From assembly GCA_002494645.1 (NCBI GenBank), contig DACE01000029.1, positions 3,976-67,975 of the forward strand: a stretch of 64,000 bases of DNA, given 5' to 3'. This DNA is from Euryarchaeota archaeon UBA256 (GTDB lineage: Archaea > Thermoplasmatota > Poseidoniia > Poseidoniales > Poseidoniaceae). The translations under genes were made by a program, and so were the position numbers. Shown here piece by piece: positions 47,465-56,779 of this stretch. How positions within the stretch are numbered: the stretch's first letter is position 1; each line of letters starts with the position of its first letter. Under the pieces are notes generated by a model, which was given only the letters and a program-made list of their open reading frames with translations, was not told the DNA's origin and did no database searches.

Positions 47465-47730
47465 AACTGTGCCCCGACACCTAACGGCCTCGTTCATCGT
47501 TTCCTCGGAGGCCTGACCCTCGGCATCGGGGCGTTCTGTCCGGTAGGGTGGTTGTCTTGAGGTCATCCTCTCGTCGTCCAAGGACCCATAACCTACCGAT
47601 GGTTTACCGCATTTGCACCGGGAGTCACGCCCCGAAGGGTCATCCCAGTCTTCGATTTGCGGCCGTACTCATGGTGTCAGACGTCATAGCAATGTTTCAC
47701 AGTAGCTCAGCCCGATGTTGCAGGTACGGT
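47465..47730 (-). ncRNA. Multi-hairpin box H/ACA pseudouridylation guide RNA
   Basis: Four hairpins (47663-47729, 47606-47663, 47541-47598, 47471-47532), each with an internal pocket and an apical K-turn (tandem GA pairs, 3-nt bulge ending in U). ACA boxes at 47537-47539 and 47468-47470. G-U pairs form only on the minus strand. Pockets are complementary to conserved 23S rRNA sequences. Confidence 0.85.
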
Positions 47731-47755
47731 AGCAACGGCTCAAGACGACTCTATA

Positions 47756-50266
47756 TCACTTCATCGGTGACTTTGTGGATAACCTTTGAGCATAACTGCG
47801 ACCGAAAAGGACGCGTCCGATGGCTTCGTCACCGTGTTGAAGGACAGCAGCACCTAGTTTTGGCCATGATGCAATGGGTTGAACGAGCCATGCTCCATCG
47901 CCGTGAGAAGATAAAATAGGAACGGGTAGTTGATGGTCGCGGGCATAAATTGCCTCGAAGAGGTCACGGAGTGGCAGCACACCGGGGCCCTCAGGCAACA
48001 GATGAATCCCCAGGAGGTCTTCGGCTGTGAGTTGGCATCCTCGGTGGGCATCTTCATGGCCGGGAAAACCGCAGTGTTCACCTTCGGTTCGGCCAAGAAT
48101 TGCCAACCACGGCAAGGGGTGTTGACTCAACCACGCCCTTCCTGAAACCGTGTTCAATTGATTCACCACCCACTCGTTTGCATAAGGCAACCACCATGAA
48201 TTCGGTAATGAAGTCATGACCTGGCGTTGCAGTTCGGTGGTCCATGGAAGGTTCTGCACGAGAACATCAACGCCACGTGACCAAAGATGAAGTAGTGATG
48301 ATTTGGGGTGAATCCGGGCGGCTTTGAGGCACGTGTCCAGTCTGGCATCTGTGAACTTGTTGTTTGGTGCACCAAAGAGATGTTCAATGACTTCAACGGC
48401 TAAGTAAGGCGAATCCAGCCACGAAAGAAGAGCTTGGTCATACAGTTCACGGTAATTTTCATCTTCGAGATTGAGGCTGGCAACAAGGGCCGTAGCGTAC
48501 CAAGGACCGAGTGATGATTCATCGAGGGCTTTGGCGAATGAGAGAACTGCCGTTGGGGCATGTGGAAGCGTCGCCTTGAGACGCCGCAAAGCAAGACCTT
48601 GCCATTGAAGTGTTCCTTTGGCGATGGCTTCGGGAAGGTCAACCACATCAAGAGCATCAACCTTGAGTAGGTCTGCCCAACCTTCGGGAAGTTCGGTATG
48701 AATGCGTAGCCATCGTTGAGTACGTTCATCTGCGGGCGATGAAATCCAAGAAGCAAGAGGAAATATTGCTTCGAGTTCATTCGCCATGCGTGCGTCGCCT
48801 TCGGGAAAAACATGAAGGCTACGAGCAAGAGCATCGCCTTGCCTTCCTTTTGGAAGTGGGACGCTGAATCTTGCTGCCTCATTTGCAGCGAAGGGAGCCA
48901 ATAATTCGGCAGCATTGCTCGGCATGTATTCACGGGGCGGCAAGGAAGGTTGTGCGGAGTCTGAAGCAGAATTGAGGACAACCGGTAGGGAAATGTCGCG
49001 ACCTACCTGAGCATATACTTCAGCGAGAACCGGGGAGGTGACGAGGTGTGTTGAATCTCTGGAGACTAAGGCGCCTCGACCTCGGCGCGTCATGAAGACC
49101 CTGCACTTGGGATGAAGGGTGATACGATGTTGAAAATTCTCATCAAGTTCATCAAAAGGCCAGTCGATGACACAGGGCCACTGAGAGTGTTCTACGAGGT
49201 ATGAGATGAGTGCAGATAGACCACGAACCGACATACCGTAGGTATCAACAATACCTTCATTCAGTTCGTCAGAGGACCAATCAACGTCACCAAAATCTGA
49301 GACAATATCCTTTCTCAACGATTGTGGAAGTTTTGAAGCATTCTTGACCAAATCTGAACTCAATGAGGCGTACATCCCTTCAATCCGCTCCTCGGACATT
49401 CGTCCATGTCGTCCACTAAGCCATTGACGTAGAAGAGGAAGAGGGAGTTGACGGTTCCGTCGACCCTGTCCATCTGTTAGGCTGATGGCCTTTTGTCCCA
49501 AAGCCTCGACCACAAGCGAACGATCCAGTTCGTGAGGAAGGTGCGCGGTGATTCCGCTTGGAGGAAAGTAATCCAGCGTTGTCCCAGATATGTGGCCGAG
49601 ACAATGTTCACCGTTCATGAGAAATTGAGGAGTTGCATCGGGCTGTGATGAATTTGAGAACCACTGGCCTTCAATCAATGCAGTCAATGGGGCTTGTTCG
49701 AGTACTTTTCCACGGGCGAGGCCAATCTTGGACGGAGCATTTCCAAAATCTGCGAGTGTCCCCGAAGTGCTAGCTGCAGGTGGTGTCGTTGGAGAAAAAT
49801 CGCTCAAAAGATACCATTTGATTTTTTCAACCGAAAACAAAATCCACGTCCCCCCTTGATTTCCAGTGGAAAGTTCACCTTGGAAATTCATGGCGTCCGG
49901 GATGAAAAAGAGTGAAGATGTTGGCGGTTTGACATAACCAAGAAGCACGTTTGCTGATTCCGATTGAACGACAACTCCGCCCGTGTTTGCAGGAATTTCA
50001 CTCACATGACGCTTCAATTTCTCCAATCCGTCCTTCTCCAACCGCTCGAGGCCCGTTTGACTCAGGTACATCGGGGCATTTCGAAGTCCACCGGATTCAT
50101 CACGAACAACATAACCTGCGGTGCGTAATTGCCGACACGCAAGCGATGCGTGAGGCATTCTCATGTCAAATTGCTTGGCGATTTCAGAAACCGTACTTGG
50201 CCCCCGGCTCAACCAAAACAGGATCTTACGATGCGCTGCCGAACGAATGCTTCCCGACGGCATCAC
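47756..50266 (-). CDS. Large hypothetical protein with N-terminal winged helix-turn-helix (ArsR/MarR-like)
   Basis: RKILFWLSRGPSTVSEIAKQFDMRMPHASLACRQLRTAGYV. The remaining 750 aa are unrecognised. Confidence 0.7.
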   Translation of the reverse strand: MMPSGSIRSAAHRKILFWLSRGPSTVSEIAKQFDMRMPHASLACRQLRTAGYVVRDESGGLRNAPMYLSQTGLERLEKDGLEKLKRHVSEIPANTGGVVVQSESANVLLGYVKPPTSSLFFIPDAMNFQGELSTGNQGGTWILFSVEKIKWYLLSDFSPTTPPAASTSGTLADFGNAPSKIGLARGKVLEQAPLTALIEGQWFSNSSQPDATPQFLMNGEHCLGHISGTTLDYFPPSGITAHLPHELDRSLVVEALGQKAISLTDGQGRRNRQLPLPLLRQWLSGRHGRMSEERIEGMYASLSSDLVKNASKLPQSLRKDIVSDFGDVDWSSDELNEGIVDTYGMSVRGLSALISYLVEHSQWPCVIDWPFDELDENFQHRITLHPKCRVFMTRRGRGALVSRDSTHLVTSPVLAEVYAQVGRDISLPVVLNSASDSAQPSLPPREYMPSNAAELLAPFAANEAARFSVPLPKGRQGDALARSLHVFPEGDARMANELEAIFPLASWISSPADERTQRWLRIHTELPEGWADLLKVDALDVVDLPEAIAKGTLQWQGLALRRLKATLPHAPTAVLSFAKALDESSLGPWYATALVASLNLEDENYRELYDQALLSWLDSPYLAVEVIEHLFGAPNNKFTDARLDTCLKAARIHPKSSLLHLWSRGVDVLVQNLPWTTELQRQVMTSLPNSWWLPYANEWVVNQLNTVSGRAWLSQHPLPWLAILGRTEGEHCGFPGHEDAHRGCQLTAEDLLGIHLLPEGPGVLPLRDLFEAIYARDHQLPVPILSSHGDGAWLVQPIASWPKLGAAVLQHGDEAIGRVLFGRSYAQRLSTKSPMK

Positions 50267-50273
50267 CAGTCAC

Positions 50274-50306
50274 CTCATAATGAGCGTATTTTTTATGATT
50301 CATAAA
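50274..50306. promoter_or_regulatory. Two short palindromes in the AT-rich divergent promoter region (candidate operator)
   Basis: CTCAT-A-ATGAG (50274-50284) and TTTATGA-T-TCATAAA (50292-50306), directly upstream of the wHTH gene. Confidence 0.35.
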
Positions 50307-50536
50307 TCCTACCCTTTTACGCATTAATAGTTACATTTAGTTATTGATTTCCACTCGAGAAGTGTTCATTTACTTACTCGCCGCACCCATGATGTAGAAA
50401 AAACACCGATATTTTGTCACCAATTGTAACCAAATCGTTGGTTGGGGGAGGAACCATTATATCAGCGGCCTCGCTCCTGTAAACCAGCGGCACATAACCA
50501 CTTGAGCCACCACATCAATGACAGGAGGAAAAGAAC

Positions 50537-50857
50537 ATGAAAACAACACGCATCCGTGAAAAAATAAAGAAATTTTTAGGCGACCGACCCCGAAACACCG
50601 CTGAGATTTTGGAATACATCAACAGCACCATGCGACATGGTACGACCAGCCAACAATTGGGCAACGTACTCTCCAAAGACAAAGACATCGTCAAAGTTGG
50701 CTACATCAAGCGATCTGGAATCCTCTCCGGTGGCTACGACATCTGCGAGTGGGCCACTCGAAACTGGGTTTCCGAACATTGCCCCGAGTGGATTGAAGGT
50801 ACGCCAATCATCGTCGATAGTGAAGGCAACTTCACAACCGGTACGACCAAACTCTGA
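50537..50857 (+). CDS. Small winged-helix DNA-binding protein (DUF3860-like)
   Basis: Basic 106-aa protein RNTAEILEYIN...TSQQLGNVLSK with an AGGAGG ribosome-binding site. The family name is from recollection only. Confidence 0.65.
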   Translation: MKTTRIREKIKKFLGDRPRNTAEILEYINSTMRHGTTSQQLGNVLSKDKDIVKVGYIKRSGILSGGYDICEWATRNWVSEHCPEWIEGTPIIVDSEGNFTTGTTKL

Positions 50858-51058
50858 GATCGTATCAGAAGCAGTGCCTCACCATGAGGCCTCTGTGTAA
50901 TCATCCCACGAAGGTTCTTGAAGAGATTTGGCATTGAGACAGCGGTGCATTCGAATTGAAGTGTGCCATCGTCAACTTTCATCAAGCGAATCTTGACGGC
51001 GAGTGCCGTTGCTCATCACTGCAAATGAACCATTGAGCACGGAGCGTGCTTTACGGGA

Positions 51059-51985
51059 TTAGTTGCCTTCAAAGATGGCCATTGCTGCATCAACCGATGC
51101 ACCATCGCAGATGATGGCATGGCAAGCAGCGGTCATGCGGACAGCTTCTTGGGTCTCTTTTTGGTGAATATTACGTCCGGTTGCAGCACCCTTGCACCCA
51201 GAGATGTTAATTTGGTCGTGAAGGCGTTGAAGGAACTCTCTGGGAGGCAGTGTTCCACCTCCAGAGCAGATGATGCGTGTGCGGCCCGCGGCCTCGACAG
51301 CAATTTTGAACGATTCTGCTTGAGTCATGCCCTCCCACGCCTTGGGATAATTCACTTTGGCGAAATCTGCGCCCAGGCAGGCTGCAACGCCGGCTGCACC
51401 AGCGATCAGTTGTGGGTCTTTCTCATCGGTGACTGCTTTTCCTCTCGGATACATCCAAACAACAGAAATCATTCCTTGTTCGTGGGCTTGACGGATAAAT
51501 TGGGCTGCTTCGGTAAGCATTTCATGCTCGTATTCACTTCCGATGTAAACGGTGTAGCCAATCCCAACAACGTTGATGCCGTTGTGGACCAGTGACATCA
51601 CATCGTCCATGTCCCAAAGAGCCTGAGACACTGGATCCCGTTGTCCAGTTTTCACCATGTGGGATTTTGAGTTCAGTTTGACAAGATAGGGGATGTCAGG
51701 GTTATCTCTTGCGTACATCGAAATCAAGCCGAGTTGTCCCGCAAGGACGCCAAGAGTACCCGCTTCAAGGGTCTTCGCTCCAATCTCAAACAAGTGGGCG
51801 GGATCGTTTGAGCTGAGAGGAACTGAATCTCCACCATCATAGAAGTCATCGTTCAAGTGTTCGATTTTTTGGTCGCACGCAAAGAGGTTCATCGAACCGG
51901 TTCCTGCAGTTGCAGCCCGAAGGTTGTCAAGATAAGTTTCAATCAATTCGTCAGGCACATCGCCCGGTACATGGAATTCAGACAT
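51059..51985 (-). CDS. Class I fructose-bisphosphate aldolase (DhnA/FbaB family)
   Basis: CDQKIEH, VKLNSK, GYTVYIGSE, WMYPRG, Schiff-base ADFAKVNYP and GRNIHQ. Confidence 0.88.
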   Translation of the reverse strand: MSEFHVPGDVPDELIETYLDNLRAATAGTGSMNLFACDQKIEHLNDDFYDGGDSVPLSSNDPAHLFEIGAKTLEAGTLGVLAGQLGLISMYARDNPDIPYLVKLNSKSHMVKTGQRDPVSQALWDMDDVMSLVHNGINVVGIGYTVYIGSEYEHEMLTEAAQFIRQAHEQGMISVVWMYPRGKAVTDEKDPQLIAGAAGVAACLGADFAKVNYPKAWEGMTQAESFKIAVEAAGRTRIICSGGGTLPPREFLQRLHDQINISGCKGAATGRNIHQKETQEAVRMTAACHAIICDGASVDAAMAIFEGN

Positions 51986-52008
51986 GGTTGTCAACCCCTT
52001 TGTTTTAT

Positions 52009-52875
52009 TCATTCACCTGTGAAGTTGGCCACACGCTTCTCAACGTATGCGGCGATGCCTTCTTTGGCATCACTGCTGTTGAAGAGTGCTGCTTGGAGTT
52101 CTCGCTCGAGAGCAAGATGGTACTCGAAGGGAATTTCAGGTCCTGTTTGGCAAGATCGCTTGATGTTGCCAACGGCCTTGACTGCCTTGTTGGGTAGTGT
52201 GAATTGGCTGCACCAGTCGAGGATGTCTCGGCGGAAATCATCTGCGTCGCCTTCCCAGATGTGGTTGATAAGATTGCAAGCATGAGCATCTTCAAAGGAC
52301 ATCAATTCGCCCGTAACCATCATTTCGAGTGCCTTGGCCTTGCCGATGAGACGAGTCAAACGTGCTGTACCACCGGTTCCTGCGAGGACACCAAGATTGA
52401 TTTCTGGTAGACCGACTTTGCCCGAATTCTTTCGAGCGATACGGATATCAGCAGCCATTGCGATTTCTAGACCACCGCCAACGGCATGACCGTTAATGGC
52501 GCAGACCACGAGTTTTGCGGTCTGTTCAAGCCGTGAAAGGGTCTCATTGGCGTGAAGGCAAAAATTGTACTTGAAGCCTGGTGTTACGCTGTTGAGCATT
52601 TGGATGGATGCTCCGGCTGAAAAGAAAGATGCACCGTTTCCAGTCAACACGATGCAAGTGACGCTATCGTCAAAGCGAGCACGGACAATTGCTTCGTCAA
52701 TATCTCGCATCATCCCGTGTGTGTAGGTATTGGGTGAGCGGTCATTTGTGCCTTCGATTGGAGCCCCTGCTGAATCGGAGGTGAGTTCAATCACAGCGAT
52801 GCCGTTGTCGGTCACTCCGTAATTGACAAGACGGTTCGGCATCGGTTCGAGTTTCAATCCATAAAGGTCGCTCAT
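52009..52875 (-). CDS. Crotonase-family enzyme resembling the N-terminal half of BoxC (epoxybenzoyl-CoA dihydrolase)
   Basis: FSAGASIQML, FKYNFCLHANET (compare BoxC KVNFCKFTNET), GGGLE and LPEINLGVLAGTGG. Confidence 0.75.
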   Translation of the reverse strand: MSDLYGLKLEPMPNRLVNYGVTDNGIAVIELTSDSAGAPIEGTNDRSPNTYTHGMMRDIDEAIVRARFDDSVTCIVLTGNGASFFSAGASIQMLNSVTPGFKYNFCLHANETLSRLEQTAKLVVCAINGHAVGGGLEIAMAADIRIARKNSGKVGLPEINLGVLAGTGGTARLTRLIGKAKALEMMVTGELMSFEDAHACNLINHIWEGDADDFRRDILDWCSQFTLPNKAVKAVGNIKRSCQTGPEIPFEYHLALERELQAALFNSSDAKEGIAAYVEKRVANFTGE

Positions 52876-52898
52876 ACCTCTGCCCACACGGGACGGTA

Positions 52899-54182
52899 TT
52901 AAGAAGAAATCGCTGCCTTTTCTTGCGGTTGAACTTCACTTTCATTGTCATTGGCAAAGGATACATGGCCACCTTGACCACGAACAGCTTTCCATTGTTC
53001 TCGAATCGCTATTGCCTCATCAGAGGGTTCCCATTCGTCTCGCTTCAATGCAGGCCTGAACGGAAGACGGCGCACTCCACGGCCCATCGCTTTGCTGTCT
53101 TTGACCAACATGAACGGGGTCACGAGGCGGTAGAGGAGCCCTTTGAACATCGTTGGACGAAATAATTTACCAATCCAAATCAGTCCGTCTCCGCGTTTGT
53201 CCTGGTCTTTCATCCATGCTTTGCACATCCTCTTGAACATGCGGTCTCCAACCCGATTCATCAACCAACGATTCGCAACACTGGTACGGACATAGGGCAT
53301 CAGGTGGCGTCGGACGTCACGCTCATAATCACCCTCACCCAAGATGTCACGGGCAGCAAGAACGCCTGACCAAACAGCCATTCGCATTCCAAAGCCCCAC
53401 ATGAAGTCCTGCAATCCACCCGATTCACCGACATAATAGCGACCGTCTTGTTTGTAAGTTTGATTGATGGTGAAATCACCCTTACCTCCGACCCTCTTGA
53501 CCGGTTGGCGGTTGAGGTTCGGATAGTGTGCTTCATACCAAGCAATGGTTTCATTGAGGAAGCGTTCACTCTTTCGTTGCTTACGCCACAGGCAGGTGCA
53601 AATCAGACCAACACCGTCGATGATAATAAGGTATGAATAGGACCCTGGTGCCAATTTATCATTCAATTGAAACGCGATATGATTCGGGTGGTCAGTTTTG
53701 AAAATCTCTCCGTAGGCTACGGCGGAAGTCCCTTTCGGGCCGCAGGCGATGATGGTGCAATCTTCTTCGCTGACGCGTGACCCATAATGGATGGTTGCCC
53801 CCGCCTCAAGTGCTTGCCGCTTGAAGCCTTGATCGATGGCGTGTTCGGAAGTACCACGCTCTACAATTCTGTAGGCGACACCTGAAGTTTTGGCTTGCGT
53901 AATAACGTCATCAGGGTGAATGAGGTCAACCGTGTCAAAGGTCGTGGCTTTGAAACTTGACGGGGCAAGGCCCCATGCCTCAAGTTGGTCAAAAAAGTCA
54001 TCATCCATGCTCCAGTTTTCCAAGGCTTGGAAATCTCCGTCAAAGCGTGCACCTGAATCTTGGCGAATGTCGTGGACGTGCACTTCACGTCCCGCCTTTG
54101 CAAGCAGGGTTGCTGCGGCCAACCCAGACAGTCCAGCGCCCATGATGTGGACGGGTGGATGTTGACTGGGAGTGTCGGCCAT
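52899..54182 (-). CDS. FAD-dependent oxidoreductase (geranylgeranyl-reductase-like)
   Basis: GAGLSG Rossmann motif, APGSYSY and VGESGGLQDFMWGFGM. Start set at 54182 to avoid overlapping moaE. Confidence 0.75.
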   Translation of the reverse strand: MADTPSQHPPVHIMGAGLSGLAAATLLAKAGREVHVHDIRQDSGARFDGDFQALENWSMDDDFFDQLEAWGLAPSSFKATTFDTVDLIHPDDVITQAKTSGVAYRIVERGTSEHAIDQGFKRQALEAGATIHYGSRVSEEDCTIIACGPKGTSAVAYGEIFKTDHPNHIAFQLNDKLAPGSYSYLIIIDGVGLICTCLWRKQRKSERFLNETIAWYEAHYPNLNRQPVKRVGGKGDFTINQTYKQDGRYYVGESGGLQDFMWGFGMRMAVWSGVLAARDILGEGDYERDVRRHLMPYVRTSVANRWLMNRVGDRMFKRMCKAWMKDQDKRGDGLIWIGKLFRPTMFKGLLYRLVTPFMLVKDSKAMGRGVRRLPFRPALKRDEWEPSDEAIAIREQWKAVRGQGGHVSFANDNESEVQPQEKAAISS

Positions 54183-54233
54183 GATACGCCATGGAGGCGT
54201 GAGGTTTGAATGATGTGTTCTCGTCGTGTGACC

Positions 54234-54659
54234 ATGGCCGAGCACATCGTGGTTGAGGAAGCACGAACCGTGCTGGACCCCGACGCTCTGCTCCAGCAAC
54301 TCAACACTGAGGGGTGCGGAGCGGTGGTCAGTTTTGTCGGACTCACGCGCGGTGTTGATGACGGCAAGGAGATCCTACGATTAGAATTTGATGCCTGGCA
54401 CGAGCAATTGCGCCCTGTTTTGCTCAACCTTGCCACCGTTGCGACATCAACCTATGGACTGTACGGAGTTGCAATGGCTCATCGCACTGGAGCGGTTGGA
54501 CCCGGAGAACCCATCGTAGCGATTCACGTTTCCAGCCCACATCGAAAAGAAGCCTTTGAGGCATGTTCATGGCTCATCGATGAATTGAAGCGTCAGGCAC
54601 CCATCTGGAAGAAAGAAGTCACGCCGTTAGGAACAACATGGAAAGAGGGATTAGGATGA
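54234..54659 (+). CDS. moaE: Molybdopterin synthase catalytic subunit
   Basis: GAVVSFVGLTR, HRTG, SPHRKEAFEAC and LKRQAPIWKKE. Confidence 0.92.
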   Translation: MAEHIVVEEARTVLDPDALLQQLNTEGCGAVVSFVGLTRGVDDGKEILRLEFDAWHEQLRPVLLNLATVATSTYGLYGVAMAHRTGAVGPGEPIVAIHVSSPHRKEAFEACSWLIDELKRQAPIWKKEVTPLGTTWKEGLG

Positions 54660-55117
54660 AGAAAACCAGTATCGAAGGCATCGTTGAAATTGGAAGCAAA
54701 CCAGTGGTTGAACGAAGAGCGACAGCAAAAGGAAGACTCTCTCTCAAAGCCTCGACAAAGGAGGCGATTGAGAACGGAGAGATCGCCAAAGGCAATGTCC
54801 TCGAAGCCTCAACCATCGCAGCGATTCAAGCGGTTAAGGAAACCCCGCGTATTATTCCTCACTGTCATCCAATCCCCTTGGAAGGGACGCGCGTGGAGTG
54901 GATTTGGGAAGGCAACGACCTCTGGTGCCAAGTCAATGTATCTGCCCACTACAAAACGGGCATCGAGATGGAAGCACTAACGGGCGTTGCAGCAGGCCTC
55001 CTGTGCGCTTTTGACATGGTCAAATCATTGGAAAAGGATGGGGATGGGCAATACCCTACTGCTCGGCTTTCCGACCTCTGCGTAGTCGAGAAATTCAAAG
55101 GGTCAGCAACCGTTTGA
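54656..55117 (+). CDS. moaC: Cyclic pyranopterin monophosphate synthase
   Basis: RRATAKG, KGNVL, IPHCHPIPL, TGIEMEAL and DMVKS. Confidence 0.93.
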   Translation: MKKTSIEGIVEIGSKPVVERRATAKGRLSLKASTKEAIENGEIAKGNVLEASTIAAIQAVKETPRIIPHCHPIPLEGTRVEWIWEGNDLWCQVNVSAHYKTGIEMEALTGVAAGLLCAFDMVKSLEKDGDGQYPTARLSDLCVVEKFKGSATV

Positions 55118-55120
55118 TTC

Positions 55121-56110
55121 ATGGCATTGCCGCGAGTCCCTTGGTCTATGGGCATGACCACTGACCTTGCACATCATTTCGTTGAAGCGGTTGACCAGGC
55201 TGCTATCGCAAGTGCAGCATGGCGCGGCAAGGGTGACAAAAATGCTGCAGATGATGCAGCGGTTGAAGCCATGCGCCGAACCTTTGACACCGTGCCCTTT
55301 GACGGACGCGTCGCCATTGGCGAAGGGGAACGAGATGAAGCCCCAATGCTCTACATCGGTGAACCTCTCGGTTCAATGATCGGACAACACGGAGCCCCGC
55401 AAATCGATATCGCCGTTGACCCATTAGAATGTACCAATAACTGTGCCGACAACACCCCGAATTCAATCGCAGTGCTCGCTGCTGCCCCACGTGGAACCTT
55501 GTTGCATGCACCTGATTGTTACATGGACAAATTGGCTACTGGCCCCCTTTTGGCCGATCATGTTGCTCTCGAGGGGGGAGCTACCTACAACATTGAGCAA
55601 GCAATGCATGTTCTCGATTGCAACGCTGCAGATGTTCGTATTGTAGCATTGGACCGAGAACGCCATCACGACTTATTCAAGGAAATTCGTGCCACCGGCG
55701 CTCAACTTCACCTCATGGGAGATGGTGATGTTTCCGGAGCTATTTGGGCTGCAAAAAACGATGGCCCCTACGACATGCTCATGGGCATTGGCGCTGCTCC
55801 CGAAGGTGTGATTTCAGCGACGGCTATTCGCGGCTTAGGTGGACTCTTTGAGGGACGGCTTGTCTTCCGGTCAGATGAAGAAGAGGCGCGGGCAGAAACG
55901 ATGGTCAACGACGACCTCACCCGATTATGGAAAGCTCATGACCTGTGTAAGAGCGAAGACGCAATCTTTGCGGCTTCAGGTGTCTGTGACGGCTATCTTC
56001 CCGGAGCGGTGTTGGGTGAAAGCACCACGACCACCTTCAATGAGTTGATTGATGTCAGTAGAAAAACCGTGATTCGTAACGAAGAAGTCCGTCCCCGGAC
56101 GCTGGTGTAG
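55121..56110 (+). CDS. glpX: Class II fructose-1,6-bisphosphatase
   Basis: GDKNAADDAAVEAMR, IGEGERDEAPML, DIAVDPLE, YMDKL, DGDV and GAAPEGV. Confidence 0.93.
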   Translation: MALPRVPWSMGMTTDLAHHFVEAVDQAAIASAAWRGKGDKNAADDAAVEAMRRTFDTVPFDGRVAIGEGERDEAPMLYIGEPLGSMIGQHGAPQIDIAVDPLECTNNCADNTPNSIAVLAAAPRGTLLHAPDCYMDKLATGPLLADHVALEGGATYNIEQAMHVLDCNAADVRIVALDRERHHDLFKEIRATGAQLHLMGDGDVSGAIWAAKNDGPYDMLMGIGAAPEGVISATAIRGLGGLFEGRLVFRSDEEEARAETMVNDDLTRLWKAHDLCKSEDAIFAASGVCDGYLPGAVLGESTTTTFNELIDVSRKTVIRNEEVRPRTLV

Positions 56111-56120
56111 AGGGCTAAGC

Positions 56121-56744
56121 ATGGCGCAGCAACTCCGAATTGATGTCCGTTTACCTGAAGGGCATTGGGCCGGCGATGTTACCCGTAATCACCCGAAAGC
56201 AACTCTGAGAATTGAGCAGCACATGCCCCTGGGCAAAGGCAGAGGCACTGCTCGTTGTTGGTCGAGCGTGCCACTTGATGAAAGCATCATGCAACACGAT
56301 GGAATCGACCGATTGACGCCGCTCGAAGACGGTTATTTCAACGTCGACATTTCGGCGGGCGGAGGTGGCTTTCTTCGTCCGCTGATGGACTTGGGTGTTG
56401 TCCCACGAACGCCGTTTGAGGTCAGAGATGGTTGGGTTGAGTGGACGGTTGAGGGCCAACGGGAACAGATGAGGGGTTTGATCAATCGTTTTCGCTCCGA
56501 TGAAATTCCTCACCGCCTCCTCTCAACGCGAAGCACGGGGCCAAGGTTGTTGACGCCACGCCAGCGAGAGGTCTTTGAAGCAGCTTCACGAGAAGGCTAC
56601 TGGGACGTTCCACGACGCATCAATTTGACCGAGTTAGCGGGCTTGCTCAACATCGCCAAATCAACTCTTTCAAATCAACTCCAACGAATTGAATCAGCGG
56701 TCTTTCATGCCTTTACCGATGAGATTCGTCGCCAGAGCCCCTAA
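56121..56744 (+). CDS. HTH-10 (bacterio-opsin activator-type) transcriptional regulator
   Basis: LTPRQREVFEAASREGYWDVPRRINLTELAGLLNIAKSTLSNQLQRIE. Confidence 0.88.
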   Translation: MAQQLRIDVRLPEGHWAGDVTRNHPKATLRIEQHMPLGKGRGTARCWSSVPLDESIMQHDGIDRLTPLEDGYFNVDISAGGGGFLRPLMDLGVVPRTPFEVRDGWVEWTVEGQREQMRGLINRFRSDEIPHRLLSTRSTGPRLLTPRQREVFEAASREGYWDVPRRINLTELAGLLNIAKSTLSNQLQRIESAVFHAFTDEIRRQSP

Positions 56745-56779
56745 CATGTTCAGGCGAACATGTTCGTAAAGGGTATAAG
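56743..56779 (+). promoter_or_regulatory. Inverted-repeat operator plus BRE/TATA promoter of the boxB-like gene
   Basis: AACATGTTC-aggc-GAACATGTT (56743-56764), then AAAGGG-TATAAG (TATA 56774-56779), about 25 nt before the ATG at 56803. Confidence 0.65.

Noticed and set aside
47465-47730. Structured region as SRP RNA, RNase P RNA, an rRNA fragment (GAGTACGGCCGCAA resembles 16S) or a riboswitch
   Set aside because: It lacks the SRP helix 8 CAGG..GGAA..AGCA motif and the RNase P P4 pairing, and the 16S-like match is only 14 nt. K-turns, ACA boxes and rRNA-complementary pockets fit H/ACA much better.
47548-47919. 123-aa plus-strand ORF
   Set aside because: It is antisense to the H/ACA RNA and to the end of the wHTH gene, with no recognisable motifs.
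50858-51058. Short hairpin (GCCTCA-cca-TGAGGC) and an 83-aa minus-strand ORF between convergent genes
   Set aside because: The hairpin is too short to call. The ORF overlaps the small wHTH gene and has no motif support.
54183-54299. N-terminal extension of the FAD oxidoreductase
   Set aside because: It overlaps divergent moaE; the Rossmann motif begins just after the ATG at 54182.
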